Source: Gemmatimonadaceae bacterium (GTDB taxonomy: Bacteria > Gemmatimonadota > Gemmatimonadetes > Gemmatimonadales > Gemmatimonadaceae). From it: 50,237 nucleotides of DNA. Where the stretch lies: positions 1-50,237 of the forward strand of contig JANMRE010000296.1 of NCBI GenBank assembly GCA_031370885.1, given 5' to 3'. The notes beneath the pieces are model-generated. The model did not search any database. It saw nothing but the letters and a program-made list of their open reading frames with translations, and had not been told where the DNA came from. This document shows, one piece after another, positions 18,817 to 28,679 of this stretch. Position 1 is the stretch's first letter; each line of letters begins with the position of its first letter. A program made the translations under genes and the position numbers.

Positions 18817-20769
18817 ATGGCTGAGAAAGTTATCGGGATCGACCTCGGCACCACGAATTCCGTCGTTTCGGTGCTCGAAGGTGGCGATCCAGTCGTTATC
18901 CCCAACGCCGAAGGCGGACGCACCACACCCTCCGTTGTCGGCTTCACGAAAGACGGCGAGCGACTGGTCGGACAGATCGCCAAACGGCAGGCGGTCACCA
19001 ATCCTACCAACACCATCTTCTCCATCAAACGTTTCATGGGCCGTCGGGTGACGGAGGCGCAGAGCGATCAGTCGCGCGTACCGTACCGCATCGTGGCTGG
19101 ACCGAATGACGTGGCCGCCGTCGAGGTTGGAGGGAAGCGATATACGCCGCCCGAAATCTCGGCCATGATCCTGCAAAAAATGAAGCAGACGGCCGAAGAC
19201 TATCTCGGCCACACGGTCACCAAGGCCGTGATCACGGTGCCGGCCTATTTCAATGACGCACAGCGTCAGGCCACGAAGGATGCCGGCAAGATTGCCGGTC
19301 TCGACGTGCTCCGCATCATCAACGAGCCCACCGCCGCCGCACTTGCCTACGGACTGGACAAGAACAAGAAAAAGGACGAGAAGGTTGCGGTGTTCGATCT
19401 GGGAGGCGGCACGTATGACATCTCCGTGCTGGAGCTGTACGATGTTGACGGCACGCGTCAGTTCGAAGTGAAGTCGACCAACGGCGATACGCACCTTGGC
19501 GGTGACGACTTCGACCAGCGCGTGATGGATTGGCTCGTCGCCGAATTCAAGCGCGATCAGGCCATCGACCTGTCCAAGGATCCGATGGCGATTCAGCGAC
19601 TCAAGGAGGCCGCCGAAAAGGCCAAGATGGAGTTGTCGAGCGCGAACAGCACCGACATCAACCTGCCGTTCATTACTGCCGACCAGTCGGGTCCCAAGCA
19701 TCTGAACTATTCGCTCACCCGCGCCAAGTTCGAGCAGCTCGTGGACGACTTGATTCAGCGCACCCTTGAGCCCATGAAGCAGGCGCTCAAGGACGCCGGC
19801 ATGCAGCCCAACGAAGTCGACGAGGTCATTCTCGTTGGCGGCTCAACCCGCATTCCGAAAATTCAGCAGGTGGTGAAAGACTTCTTCGGCAAGGAGCCCA
19901 ACAAGGGCGTCAACCCGGACGAAGTCGTTGCCGTGGGTGCCGCCATTCAAGGTGCCGTGCTCACTGGTGAACAAAAGGATGTGTTGTTGCTGGACGTAAC
20001 GCCGCTGTCACTGGGAATCGAAACGCTGGGTGGCGTGATGACCGTACTCATCCCGCGCAACACCACGATTCCCACCAAGAAAGCCGAGACCTTCTCGACG
20101 GCCGATGACAATCAAACCACCGTCGAGATTCACGTGCTCCAGGGCGAACGCGATCTGGCCGTCTACAATCGCACCATCGGCAAGTTCCAGCTCACCGGTA
20201 TTCCGCCCGCTCCGCGTGGCATGCCACAGGTCGAAGTCACCTTTGACATCGACGCCAACGGTATTCTGCATGTGACCGCTCGCGACAAGGCCAGCGGCAA
20301 GGAACAGAAAATCCGAATCGAAGCGTCCAGCGGTCTCTCCGACAGCGAGATCGACAAGATGGTCAAAGACGCCGAGAAAAACGCGACCGAAGACAAGAAG
20401 CGGCGTGAGGAAATCGAGGTGCGGAACCGTCTCGATTCACAGACCTACGAGGTCGAAAAGAACGTGAAGGAGTGGGGAGACAAAGTATCGCCCGACCTCA
20501 AGACCCGGATCGACGCGTCCATCGAGCGCGCCCGCAAGGCGCTTCGCGGTGACGACATCGCCGAGATTCGCGCCGCGCAGGAAGAGTTGAGCAAGGCGTA
20601 CAGCGAGGCAGGTCAGGCGTTCTATCAGCAGCAGTCTGCGGCGGAAGGCGCACCTGCAGACGCGGCCGGAGGCGAGGCAGGCGCCGCCGACGGCGCCACC
20701 GCTGGCGTTGGCGCGAAGGCCGACGACGTGGCAGAGGCCGACTACGAGATCGTCGACGACAAGAAGTAG
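18817..20769 (+). CDS. dnaK: Chaperone DnaK (Hsp70)
   Basis: [35 protein letters not shown], linker [13 protein letters not shown], acidic tail. Confidence 0.99.
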   Translation: MAEKVIGIDLGTTNSVVSVLEGGDPVVIPNAEGGRTTPSVVGFTKDGERLVGQIAKRQAVTNPTNTIFSIKRFMGRRVTEAQSDQSRVPYRIVAGPNDVAAVEVGGKRYTPPEISAMILQKMKQTAEDYLGHTVTKAVITVPAYFNDAQRQATKDAGKIAGLDVLRIINEPTAAALAYGLDKNKKKDEKVAVFDLGGGTYDISVLELYDVDGTRQFEVKSTNGDTHLGGDDFDQRVMDWLVAEFKRDQAIDLSKDPMAIQRLKEAAEKAKMELSSANSTDINLPFITADQSGPKHLNYSLTRAKFEQLVDDLIQRTLEPMKQALKDAGMQPNEVDEVILVGGSTRIPKIQQVVKDFFGKEPNKGVNPDEVVAVGAAIQGAVLTGEQKDVLLLDVTPLSLGIETLGGVMTVLIPRNTTIPTKKAETFSTADDNQTTVEIHVLQGERDLAVYNRTIGKFQLTGIPPAPRGMPQVEVTFDIDANGILHVTARDKASGKEQKIRIEASSGLSDSEIDKMVKDAEKNATEDKKRREEIEVRNRLDSQTYEVEKNVKEWGDKVSPDLKTRIDASIERARKALRGDDIAEIRAAQEELSKAYSEAGQAFYQQQSAAEGAPADAAGGEAGAADGATAGVGAKADDVAEADYEIVDDKK

Positions 20770-20808
20770 GAACAGGAAACAGCCAAGTGGGTCTTGGTGT
20801 CTCACATT

Positions 20809-20848
20809 ATGGGGGTCGACCTGACAGATTGGGTTGGCCCCCATGTTT
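20809..20848 (+). terminator. Probable intrinsic terminator after dnaK
   Basis: 16-bp stem ATGGGGGTCGACCTGA / TTGGGTTGGCCCCCAT (with G-U pairs), 4-nt loop, followed by GTTT (short U-tract). Confidence 0.55.
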
Positions 20849-20911
20849 CACTCGGGGCGCTGACGCTGCCCCGGATTCCGAACCAACCTTCGATTCACAC
20901 GGTTCATACAC

Positions 20912-22447
20912 ATGGTTTTACGACTTCCTCGTTTTCGCTCCGTTGCCGTGGGCGCCTGCTGCTTCGTGCTTGGTGTGTATTTCGCGTCCGGGATGGACTG
21001 GACCCGATGGAGCTGGGCGCAGACCACGATCGCAACCAAGCCGGCGGCCGTTCGAGGCCCCGCTGTCCCCGACGGCGCATCGTTCGCGGATATTGCCGAA
21101 CGCGTGACGCCCACCGTGGTGGCGGTGAACACCACGCGCAACGCGCGCCAGCAGGCGGTTCGACCGCGCGGCCGCGTACCGCAGGGAATGGAGGACTTCC
21201 TTCGGCAGTTCGACGACGGCAATCAGGCCCAGCGCCAACAGCGCGGCGAGGGGTCGGGCTTCATCCTCTCCGCAGACGGCTACATCATAACAAACAACCA
21301 TGTCGTCGCCGATGCGGACCAGGTGGAGATCCTGCTCAGTGACGGCCGCGCGTTCAAAGCGCGTGTGATTGGCCGCGATTCGACCACCGACGTCGCCGTC
21401 GTGAAGATCGATGCGAAGGGGCTGACCGCGCTGCCCATCGGCAACGATGAGGCCACTCGTATCGGGGACTGGGTGCTGGCCATCGGCAATCCGCTCGGTC
21501 TCGATTTCACGGTCACCGCGGGTATCATCTCCGCGAAGGGGCGTGGCAAGGAGATGGAATTAGGCCGCGCCGGTGGCTTCGCCATTTCTGATTTCATCCA
21601 GACCGATGCCGCAATCAACCCAGGGAACTCCGGCGGCCCGCTGATCAATCTGCGAGGAGAAGTGGTCGGTCTCAATACCGCCATCGCTTCACAGACTGGT
21701 TTCTATTCGGGATACGGGTTCGCCATTCCAATTACACTGGTGAAAACCGTCGCCGACGCGCTCATCAAAGATGGGCGTGTGCGGCTGCCCGTGATGGGCG
21801 TTCAGGTGCAGGCGTTGCAGCCCGAAGATGCGGGCATCAACGGACTGACCCGTGTAGCCGGAGTCAAGGTTGCCGCGTTCTCGCCACCCGATGGCGGCCC
21901 GGCGAAGACCGCGGGCATGGAGGTGGGTGATGTGATCGTCTCCATCGACGGAAAGCCGGTCGACCGCGTGAGTTCGCTGCAACGCATCGTGCGTTCACGA
22001 GCGGTGGGCGAAACAGTGAGCGTGGATCTGCTCCGCTACGGCACCAAGAAGACGCTGAAGGTCAAGCTCGTCGAAGCGGCGGCCGTTTCCCAGTTGACAG
22101 TCGCTCCGACTCCCGCAACCACGGCGGCTCCATCGGTCGGCAAGCTCGGATTCACCGTTGACGCGATTCCAACAGACATGGCGAAGCAACTCGGCATTTC
22201 CACCGACAAAGGCGTTCGCGTGGGTGAGGTAGCGCCCGACGGTCCCGCGCGGGACAAGCTGTTTTCCGGATCGGATATCATCGTGGAGGTGCTGTTCCCC
22301 ACGCCGCGCCGCGCCATCAAGAGCGTGAGTGACCTGCAATCGGTGATTGGTGGGCTCAAGACCGGCGACTACGTGAGCCTGCTGGTGTTTGCGATCGGTC
22401 CCAACGGCGAGGGCGGGAATCGCGTGGTGAATCTGCGGGTAGAGTGA
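20912..22447 (+). CDS. HtrA/DegP-family serine protease with two PDZ domains
   Basis: GSGFI, TNNHVV, DVAVVKI, QTDAAINPGNSGGPL; N-terminal signal/anchor; two PDZ-like segments. Confidence 0.95.
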   Translation: MVLRLPRFRSVAVGACCFVLGVYFASGMDWTRWSWAQTTIATKPAAVRGPAVPDGASFADIAERVTPTVVAVNTTRNARQQAVRPRGRVPQGMEDFLRQFDDGNQAQRQQRGEGSGFILSADGYIITNNHVVADADQVEILLSDGRAFKARVIGRDSTTDVAVVKIDAKGLTALPIGNDEATRIGDWVLAIGNPLGLDFTVTAGIISAKGRGKEMELGRAGGFAISDFIQTDAAINPGNSGGPLINLRGEVVGLNTAIASQTGFYSGYGFAIPITLVKTVADALIKDGRVRLPVMGVQVQALQPEDAGINGLTRVAGVKVAAFSPPDGGPAKTAGMEVGDVIVSIDGKPVDRVSSLQRIVRSRAVGETVSVDLLRYGTKKTLKVKLVEAAAVSQLTVAPTPATTAAPSVGKLGFTVDAIPTDMAKQLGISTDKGVRVGEVAPDGPARDKLFSGSDIIVEVLFPTPRRAIKSVSDLQSVIGGLKTGDYVSLLVFAIGPNGEGGNRVVNLRVE

Positions 22448-22607
22448 ACTCAGTAGGAGGTAGGAAGTCGGCAGTCGGTAGTACGTTGAAGAGAGTAGGC
22501 AGTACTTGAAGAGAGTAGGCAGTAGGTTGAACAGAGTTGGCAGTTCGCGAATACTGCCCACTCTGTTCAACGTACTTCCGACTCCCGACTTCCTTACTTC
22601 CTACTCT
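22448..22607. repeat. Composite palindromic repeat, copy 1 (AGT[AC]GGN heptamer arms plus internal 20-21-bp tandem units)
   Basis: Four heptamers, three AGTAC(G)TTGAAGAGAGTAGGC-like units, a loop, one inverted unit, then four inverted heptamers ending TCCTACTCT. Confidence 0.9.
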
Positions 22608-22613
22608 TCCTCA

Positions 22614-22695
22614 GCGGACGTGGCGAAATTGGTAGACGCGCCAGCCTTAGGAGCTGGTGGGGAAACCCTTCCCGGTTCGAGTCCGGGCGTTCGCA
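22614..22695 (+). tRNA. tRNA-Leu(TAG), CCA not encoded
   Basis: Acceptor GCGGACG/CGTTCGC plus A; D-arm TGGCGAAATTGGTAGACGC; anticodon arm CCAGC-CTTAGGA-GCTGG; long variable arm; T-arm CCCGG-TTCGAGT-CCGGG. Confidence 0.97.
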
Positions 22696-22751
22696 TGAGG
22701 CGGTGGAACGGTCCCGAACGTCGGGCGGTTCGAGCGCACCCGCACGTCGCT

Positions 22752-22880
22752 CTATTTGAAGATGTCAAACGAGCCCAGCAGCCACCACAAGAGGGCGAAG
22801 ATCAGCACCGTCGTGAAACAGCCCCCACCAAGCTTATTGGCACCCCATCCCGCGGCAACGCCGCGCAATAATTTGCTCAT
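22752..22880 (-). CDS. 42-aa small membrane protein
   Basis: GGAGG 6 nt before ATG 22880; MSKLLRGVAAGWGANKLGGGCFTTVLIFALLWWLLGSFDIFK has one TM helix. Confidence 0.7.
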   Translation of the reverse strand: MSKLLRGVAAGWGANKLGGGCFTTVLIFALLWWLLGSFDIFK

Positions 22881-23168
22881 GAACATCCTCCTGCAGGTCA
22901 TGCCCGCGTGGGTATCGAGCCGACTGGGCTCGGGCACCTCCGGGCGATCGGCGAATACCGTAGCCCACGGTCAATAGAACTGCCGGTACTACCTTCGATT
23001 CGAGCCGAAGATCCCTCGTTTGTATTTCCGGGAACTGGTTGCACCGTACGGCGTTGATGACCAGGGACAGTGCCTGTCGGACACGGGTTCCACGAGTGCC
23101 CACTCTTTTCCCTGCCGTTTCCTCTTGTTATTCGCATGCTCTGTTCACACGCTGGTGTCACCTGACGG

Positions 23169-24065
23169 ATGATGTTTCGCGCCCCTGATGCCGATATGCG
23201 CGAATGCGAGCAGATCACGCACGCACACGCCCGCACCTTCTCGCTGGCGAGTAGGCTGCTTCCGTCCGAAAAGCGACGCGCCGCGTACGCGCTATATGCG
23301 TTTTGCCGAATCGCCGATGATCTCGTCGATCAATCACACGCCGGCAACGGTCGTGCACTGGCGACCCAATTGGACGAGTATCGCCGCCACTTGCGGCTCG
23401 CGCTCGACGGCCAGCCCACGGGCGCCGTCTTTCGTGAAGTGGCGCGCGTGGTGCGCACGTACGCCGTGGCATCGACTCCGCTGTTCGAGCTGCTGGATGG
23501 CGTTGGTCGAGACTTGGTGCCTGCAGCGTATGCTTCATGGGCAGACCTCGAGGCCTATTGTCAGGGTGTCGCCAGTTCCGTGGGTGAGATGTGCACCTAC
23601 GTGTTTGGCGTGCCGACGGGTCCCGTCGCGCAGCGGCACGCGATTGCGTACGCGCGCACACTCGGCACGGCCATGCAACTCACCAACATTTTGCGCGACG
23701 TGGGCGAAGACGCACAGCGCGGCCGCTGCTATCTCCCTTCTGACGACCTGACACGGTTCGGGCTGACCACGTGTGAGGTGCTGACCAATCGCTCCCTGCC
23801 GCGCGATCCGCGTTGGCGCCGTCTGATGCAGTTCGAGATCGCCCGCGCCCGTGAGCTCTACGCCGAGGCCGTGCCTGGCATCGCCCTGCTCGCCAGCGAT
23901 TCGCAGCGATGCGCTACGGCATGTGCCACCGGTTACGCCGGCATCCTCACCGCCATCGAGGCGCAAGAGTACGATACCATCTCCGCCCGGGCACGGCTCG
24001 GCAATCTCGCGCGCGTCGGGATCCTGTGGAACGCGTGGCGCTTCCGTCCAGCGTCGGTGGCATGA
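23169..24065 (+). CDS. crtB: Phytoene synthase
   Basis: ALYAFCRIADDLVD, YCQGVASSVG, MQLTNILRDVGEDAQRGRCYLP. Confidence 0.95.
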   Translation: MMFRAPDADMRECEQITHAHARTFSLASRLLPSEKRRAAYALYAFCRIADDLVDQSHAGNGRALATQLDEYRRHLRLALDGQPTGAVFREVARVVRTYAVASTPLFELLDGVGRDLVPAAYASWADLEAYCQGVASSVGEMCTYVFGVPTGPVAQRHAIAYARTLGTAMQLTNILRDVGEDAQRGRCYLPSDDLTRFGLTTCEVLTNRSLPRDPRWRRLMQFEIARARELYAEAVPGIALLASDSQRCATACATGYAGILTAIEAQEYDTISARARLGNLARVGILWNAWRFRPASVA

Positions 24066-24988
24066 CCGCTCGCGCGGTGGTGTCCGAAACGCCGTTCGTC
24101 GACGACGCGCGCCAACACCGCGCCGTGCTGTTGCGCGTTGCCACCGTGGCCCTCATCGCGCATGCGGCCTTGAGCGCATTCTCGGCATTTGCCTTTTCAA
24201 CGTTTCTCGTTCCGCCGTATCCCGCGTGGCTGCAAACGCCCACCAATCAGACGGTGATGCGCATCGGATACACCTACGGTGGGCAGACAACAGTCGTGCT
24301 GGGTGCGATCGCCGGGTTGGCTTTCCTCGCGTCCGCAATCGGAGTGACACGCGCCTGCGTGGTGTTCGCCGCAGCGTTCACCCTGTCCCTGAGCGCGGAG
24401 TTGACCGGTACTGCCACCGGATTTCCGTTCGGCGCGTACGGCTACACCGATCAATTGGGTTACAAGATCGGGGGGCTGGTACCGTTCAATATTCCCACGT
24501 CGTGGTTCTACATGCTGGTCGCGTCGCTCGCCATCTGTGGACGCTTTCTTCCCACGACAGACGATTCGCGGTCGAAGTGGTGGTGGGCGTTCGTGGGTGG
24601 CCTTGTGCTCACGGCGTGGGACGTGTCGATGGACCCGGCCATGGTGAAAACCACGCATTGGTTGTGGGCGGTGCCCGATCTCTCGCACCGCTCGGCCTTT
24701 GCGCAATTCATCGGCAACCCATTCTACTTCGGCATGCCACTCACCAACTGGCTGGGGTGGTTGCTGACCGGCGTGCTGGTGGCCCGCACCATGCTCGCCC
24801 TCGTGCCGCCCACAACGTGGGTGCGCGCACTCGCGCCATCGCCGCTGCCCCTCCTGCTGTACGCGGTGAATGGCATGCTGCCCCTGGCCATCTGCTTCGC
24901 GCAGCACATGGTCCTGGCCGGCGTATTGGGGACACTCGCCATGGGACTGCCACTGGTCGTCGCGCTGCGATCTCGCCGAACTGCCTGA
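24062..24988 (+). CDS. cruF: Carotenoid biosynthesis membrane protein, CruF-like 1,2-hydratase (DUF422)
   Basis: AELTGTATGFPFGAYGY, VPFNIPTSW, WDVSMDP, GMPLTNWLGW; ATGA overlap with crtB. Confidence 0.82.
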   Translation: MTARAVVSETPFVDDARQHRAVLLRVATVALIAHAALSAFSAFAFSTFLVPPYPAWLQTPTNQTVMRIGYTYGGQTTVVLGAIAGLAFLASAIGVTRACVVFAAAFTLSLSAELTGTATGFPFGAYGYTDQLGYKIGGLVPFNIPTSWFYMLVASLAICGRFLPTTDDSRSKWWWAFVGGLVLTAWDVSMDPAMVKTTHWLWAVPDLSHRSAFAQFIGNPFYFGMPLTNWLGWLLTGVLVARTMLALVPPTTWVRALAPSPLPLLLYAVNGMLPLAICFAQHMVLAGVLGTLAMGLPLVVALRSRRTA

Positions 24989-26496
24989 TGCGCATCGTGG
25001 TTATTGGCAGCGGATTTGGTGGCCTCTCCGCAGCCATGCGGCTTCAGGCGATGGGCCACTCCGTTACCATCGTGGAAAAGCTCGACCAGCCCGGCGGACG
25101 GGCGTGCGTCTTCAAACAGGACGGCTTCACGTTTGATGCCGGACCGACCATCGTTACCGCCCCGTGGCTGATCGACGAACTGTTCGCGCTCACGGGCAAG
25201 GCGACAGCGGACTATGTGACGCTCGTCCCACTCGATCCGTTTTACAACATCCGGTTCGAGGATGGATCGGTTTTTCATTATAATGGCGACAAGGATGCGC
25301 TCATCCGCCAAGTGCGCGACTTCAACCCGGATGATGTCGCGGGCTATGAGCGTTTTCGCGAGGAAGCGTGGAAGATTTTCAGCCTTGGCATGCCGCTGAT
25401 TGACAAATCGTTTACCACGTTCGCGTCAATGCTCAAAGTGGTACCGGACCTGATCCGTCGTCGTTCCGATCGGTCGGTGGCGAGCTTGGCCGCCAGGTAT
25501 ATGCAGGACGAGCGGCTGCGTCAGGTATTCTCGTTTCATCCGTTGCTGGTTGGTGGAAATCCGTTTCGCGCGTCGTCGATGTACGCGTTGATTCACACAC
25601 TCGAGCAACAGTGGGGCGTGCTGTTCGCCATGGGTGGCACCGGGGCACTGGTCGACGGTCTGTGTCGCGCCTTCGAAGAATTGGGCGGTACCATCCGGTA
25701 CGAATGCGAAGTTGCCGAAATCACCATGCAGGCGAATTCGCAACAGGCCAACGGCGTGCGTCTCATGGACGGCGAACAGATTGCCGCAGACGCGGTCGTC
25801 TGCAATGCCGATCTCGCCCAGGCCTATCGTACGCTGTTGCCGGCGACGGTGCGTCCGTCCATGAGTGACGCCAAAATCGCCCGGTATCGGTACTCGATGT
25901 CGCTGTTCGTGATCTACTTTGGTACGAATCGTCGCTACGATCACATGGCGCACCATGAGATCATCATGGGCCCGCGCTATCGCGAACTGCTCGAGGACAT
26001 TTTCGAACGCAAGATCCTCGCCGACGATTTCTCGCTGTACCTGCACCGGCCGACGGCCACCGATCACTCACTCGCACCGGCTGGACACGATTGCTGGTAT
26101 GTGCTCTCGCCGGTGCCACACCTGGGCGGCCACGTTAACTGGGAAACCGTAGGACAGCGCTATCGCGACCGCATCATGGGATTCCTCGAAGAGCGGTACC
26201 TGCCCGATCTGTCCAGGCACCTGGTCACGGAGCGCCGCATCGATCCGCGGTACTTCGAGAACACCCTCAACAGCTATCTGGGAAGCGCCTTCGGCCCCGA
26301 GCCAGTGCTTACGCAGTCTGCCTGGTTTCGCCCGGGCAACGTCAGCAAGGACATCCCCAATCTGTACTTCTGCGGCGCGGGGACGCACCCGGGGGCGGGC
26401 TTACCCGGCGTGATCGCCAGCGGCAAGATCGTCGCCGAGATGATTGGGCCGGCCGGTAAGGGCCGCAGGCTGCAGTTCTCCTCGCCGCAGTTTTAG
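24988..26496 (+). CDS. crtI: Phytoene desaturase
   Basis: VIGSGFGGLSAA FAD motif, GFTFDAGPT, FHPLLVGGNPF, YLHRP, GAGTHPGAGLPGV; TGATG overlap with cruF. Confidence 0.95.
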   Translation: MRIVVIGSGFGGLSAAMRLQAMGHSVTIVEKLDQPGGRACVFKQDGFTFDAGPTIVTAPWLIDELFALTGKATADYVTLVPLDPFYNIRFEDGSVFHYNGDKDALIRQVRDFNPDDVAGYERFREEAWKIFSLGMPLIDKSFTTFASMLKVVPDLIRRRSDRSVASLAARYMQDERLRQVFSFHPLLVGGNPFRASSMYALIHTLEQQWGVLFAMGGTGALVDGLCRAFEELGGTIRYECEVAEITMQANSQQANGVRLMDGEQIAADAVVCNADLAQAYRTLLPATVRPSMSDAKIARYRYSMSLFVIYFGTNRRYDHMAHHEIIMGPRYRELLEDIFERKILADDFSLYLHRPTATDHSLAPAGHDCWYVLSPVPHLGGHVNWETVGQRYRDRIMGFLEERYLPDLSRHLVTERRIDPRYFENTLNSYLGSAFGPEPVLTQSAWFRPGNVSKDIPNLYFCGAGTHPGAGLPGVIASGKIVAEMIGPAGKGRRLQFSSPQF

Positions 26497-26505
26497 GTTT
26501 GTCCA

Positions 26506-27747
26506 ATGAACATCACCATTACTCCCACCGAGCAGACCGGAATTTCACGTCGGCTGCAGATTTCGGTGCCCACTGAGACGGTCGCGTCGTACGAAGACCG
26601 TGCCGCCCGGAAGTACGCCGCCAAGGTAAGCTTGCCCGGCTTCCGCCTGGGAAAAGCGCCTCCGCTATTGGTTCGCAAGAAATTCGCCGAAGCGATTCGA
26701 CAGGAAGCCATCGAACTCGTGATCAACGAGGCCTTCAAGGAGGCCATTGAGCGGCAGAGCCTCAAGCTGGCCTCGCAGCCTCACGTGCACAGCCTCAAGT
26801 CCGAGCCCGGTCAACCGCTGGAGTTCGAGTTGCACTGCGAGGTGCGTCCAGAACTCACGCTGGCCCATATCGACGGATTCGCCATCGCGCGTCATGAATC
26901 CATCGTGACCGATGATCTCATCGAAGACCAAATCGAAAAGCTCCGCGAACAGAAGGGGGACTGGTCTCCGGTTGACGAGAAGCCGGCGCCGGGTGACATG
27001 GTCACCGTGATGCTCTCCACGGCTGACGCCGACGGCACGATGCCCGAAGGTCGTGAGTTCCGCCTCGTGCTGGGCGGCGGACAGGCGATTGCCGGAATCG
27101 AAGAACTCATCATGGAGGCCGACCCCGGTCAAACCATTGAACGGCCTGTGCGCTGGCCCCACGATTTTCCCGACGAGGCGCAGCGCGGGACCACCAAGAA
27201 CGCCCGCGTGATGGTGACTGACGTGAAGCGGAAGTCGCGTCCCGCCCTCGACGATGCGTTCGCGCGTGAAGTTGGCGACTTCGACACGCTCGAGGCGTTG
27301 CGCGCCGCCGTGCGCGTGGACTTGGGGGAAAACGCAAAACGCGAGGCCGACGCGGACGTGCGTGGCCAGCTCATTGAAAAGATTGCCGAGGCCAATGCGT
27401 TCGAGGTACCGAACAGCTGGGTGAACCAACTGATCGAAGGCTACATGCAGATGTACGGGGTGCCCGACGCGGAGAAACAGCGTTTCGCCGTGGAATTCCG
27501 CCCGATGGCGGAAAAGCAGGTGCGTCGCGACCTGATCATCGACACGCTTGCCGAACGTGAGTCGCTCACGTCCACCGCGGCTGATGTCGACCGTCGCATC
27601 GAAGCAATGGCCAAGGCGCGGAACGTGGATCCCGGGCAAGTGTACGCGCAACTTCAAAAGGCCGGCCGCTTGCCGGAGATCGAACGCGAAGCCACCGAAG
27701 AGCGCGTGTTCACGTGGTTGCTCGAGCGCAACCAGTTGTCGGCATAA
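26506..27747 (+). CDS. tig: Trigger factor
   Basis: [10 protein letters not shown] ribosome-binding motif, FKBP-like middle domain, LDDAFA; precedes clpP-clpX. Confidence 0.95.
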   Translation: MNITITPTEQTGISRRLQISVPTETVASYEDRAARKYAAKVSLPGFRLGKAPPLLVRKKFAEAIRQEAIELVINEAFKEAIERQSLKLASQPHVHSLKSEPGQPLEFELHCEVRPELTLAHIDGFAIARHESIVTDDLIEDQIEKLREQKGDWSPVDEKPAPGDMVTVMLSTADADGTMPEGREFRLVLGGGQAIAGIEELIMEADPGQTIERPVRWPHDFPDEAQRGTTKNARVMVTDVKRKSRPALDDAFAREVGDFDTLEALRAAVRVDLGENAKREADADVRGQLIEKIAEANAFEVPNSWVNQLIEGYMQMYGVPDAEKQRFAVEFRPMAEKQVRRDLIIDTLAERESLTSTAADVDRRIEAMAKARNVDPGQVYAQLQKAGRLPEIEREATEERVFTWLLERNQLSA

Positions 27748-27788
27748 CGGTTCGTCCTCTCACTCCTTCCGACCAGTTGAGGCGTTAC

Positions 27789-28403
27789 ATGGCATCGATC
27801 TACATGCCGTACATCATCGAGCGGTCCAGCCGCGGCGAACGAACGTACGACATTTTCTCGCGACTGCTGATGGATCGCATCGTGTTCCTGGGCTCGCCCA
27901 TCAATGACGACGTCGCCAACATCATCATCGCGCAGATGCTCTTCCTGGATGCCGACAATCCGGAGAAGCCCATCCATCTGTACATCAATTCTCCCGGCGG
28001 CAGTGTGTCGGCGGGACTCGCGATGTACGACACCATGCAATTCATCAAGGCGCCGGTGTACACCACGTGCATGGGGATGGCCGCCAGCATGGGCGCGTTT
28101 CTGTTGTGTGCCGGTGCGGCCGGCAAACGCAGCGCGTTGCCACACTCACGCATCATGATTCACCAGCCGTCCCAGAATGGCGGCGGCGGCTCGGCCTCGG
28201 ATATCGAAATCCAGGCGCGGGAGATCCTGTATCTGCGCTCGAAGATGAACGAATTGATGGCCAAGCACAGTGGTCGTGAGGTCGAGCAGGTCGAGCGCGA
28301 CACCGATCGCGATCGGTTCATGTCTGCCGAAGAGGCCAAGGTGTACGGGCTGGTCGACATCGTGATTTCGCACCAGGCCGAACTGACGACCGTGGCACGC
28401 TGA
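27789..28403 (+). CDS. clpP: ATP-dependent Clp protease proteolytic subunit
   Basis: [44 protein letters not shown]. Confidence 0.98.
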   Translation: MASIYMPYIIERSSRGERTYDIFSRLLMDRIVFLGSPINDDVANIIIAQMLFLDADNPEKPIHLYINSPGGSVSAGLAMYDTMQFIKAPVYTTCMGMAASMGAFLLCAGAAGKRSALPHSRIMIHQPSQNGGGGSASDIEIQAREILYLRSKMNELMAKHSGREVEQVERDTDRDRFMSAEEAKVYGLVDIVISHQAELTTVAR

Positions 28404-28427
28404 ACGGTTGGCAGGATTCCGGGTATG

Positions 28428-28457
28428 AAGCGGCCAGGGACAGTCTCTGGCCGCTTT
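28428..28457 (+). terminator. Hairpin after clpP (possible terminator or stability element)
   Basis: AAGCGGCCAGGGA / TCTCTGGCCGCTT stem with a weak U-tract. Confidence 0.4.
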
Positions 28458-28679
28458 CACATCGAACCCCCCGATAAGGAGGTCCGTTGGGGCCACCACG
28501 GTAACGGTAGTCGCTTCGTCGGGTGTCGGTTTCCCCTGTCCCTGCCGAGACTCGCATGTTGTCGGCACCGGTGCCAGCTCGCCTTGGAGCCTGCGTTCGC
28601 TTGACCCTGCCCGTCCGGTTGAGTTAACTACGAGAGGAGCAGTCCGCTCGGCCTGCCCTACCCACCCGCTTGGATCGAC

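Noticed and set aside
18397-19701. 434-aa antisense ORF over dnaK, and similar long antisense ORFs over ppk1, tig, clpX/lon, glmS and glmM
   Set aside because: Shadow ORFs expected from GC-rich codon bias opposite conserved genes; no recognisable motifs.
23101-23168. CarH/CarA-type operator before crtB
   Set aside because: The TGT-containing words are not at a consistent 11-bp spacing.
23851-26496. 881-aa CrtI fusion, and the long N-extensions on metZ, ppx and glmS in the ORF track
   Set aside because: The extensions overlap neighbouring real genes or non-coding DNA; family motifs begin at the downstream starts used above.
22614-26505. Recent integrative element at tRNA-Leu
   Set aside because: No integrase, no duplicated tRNA 3' end and no evident compositional shift.
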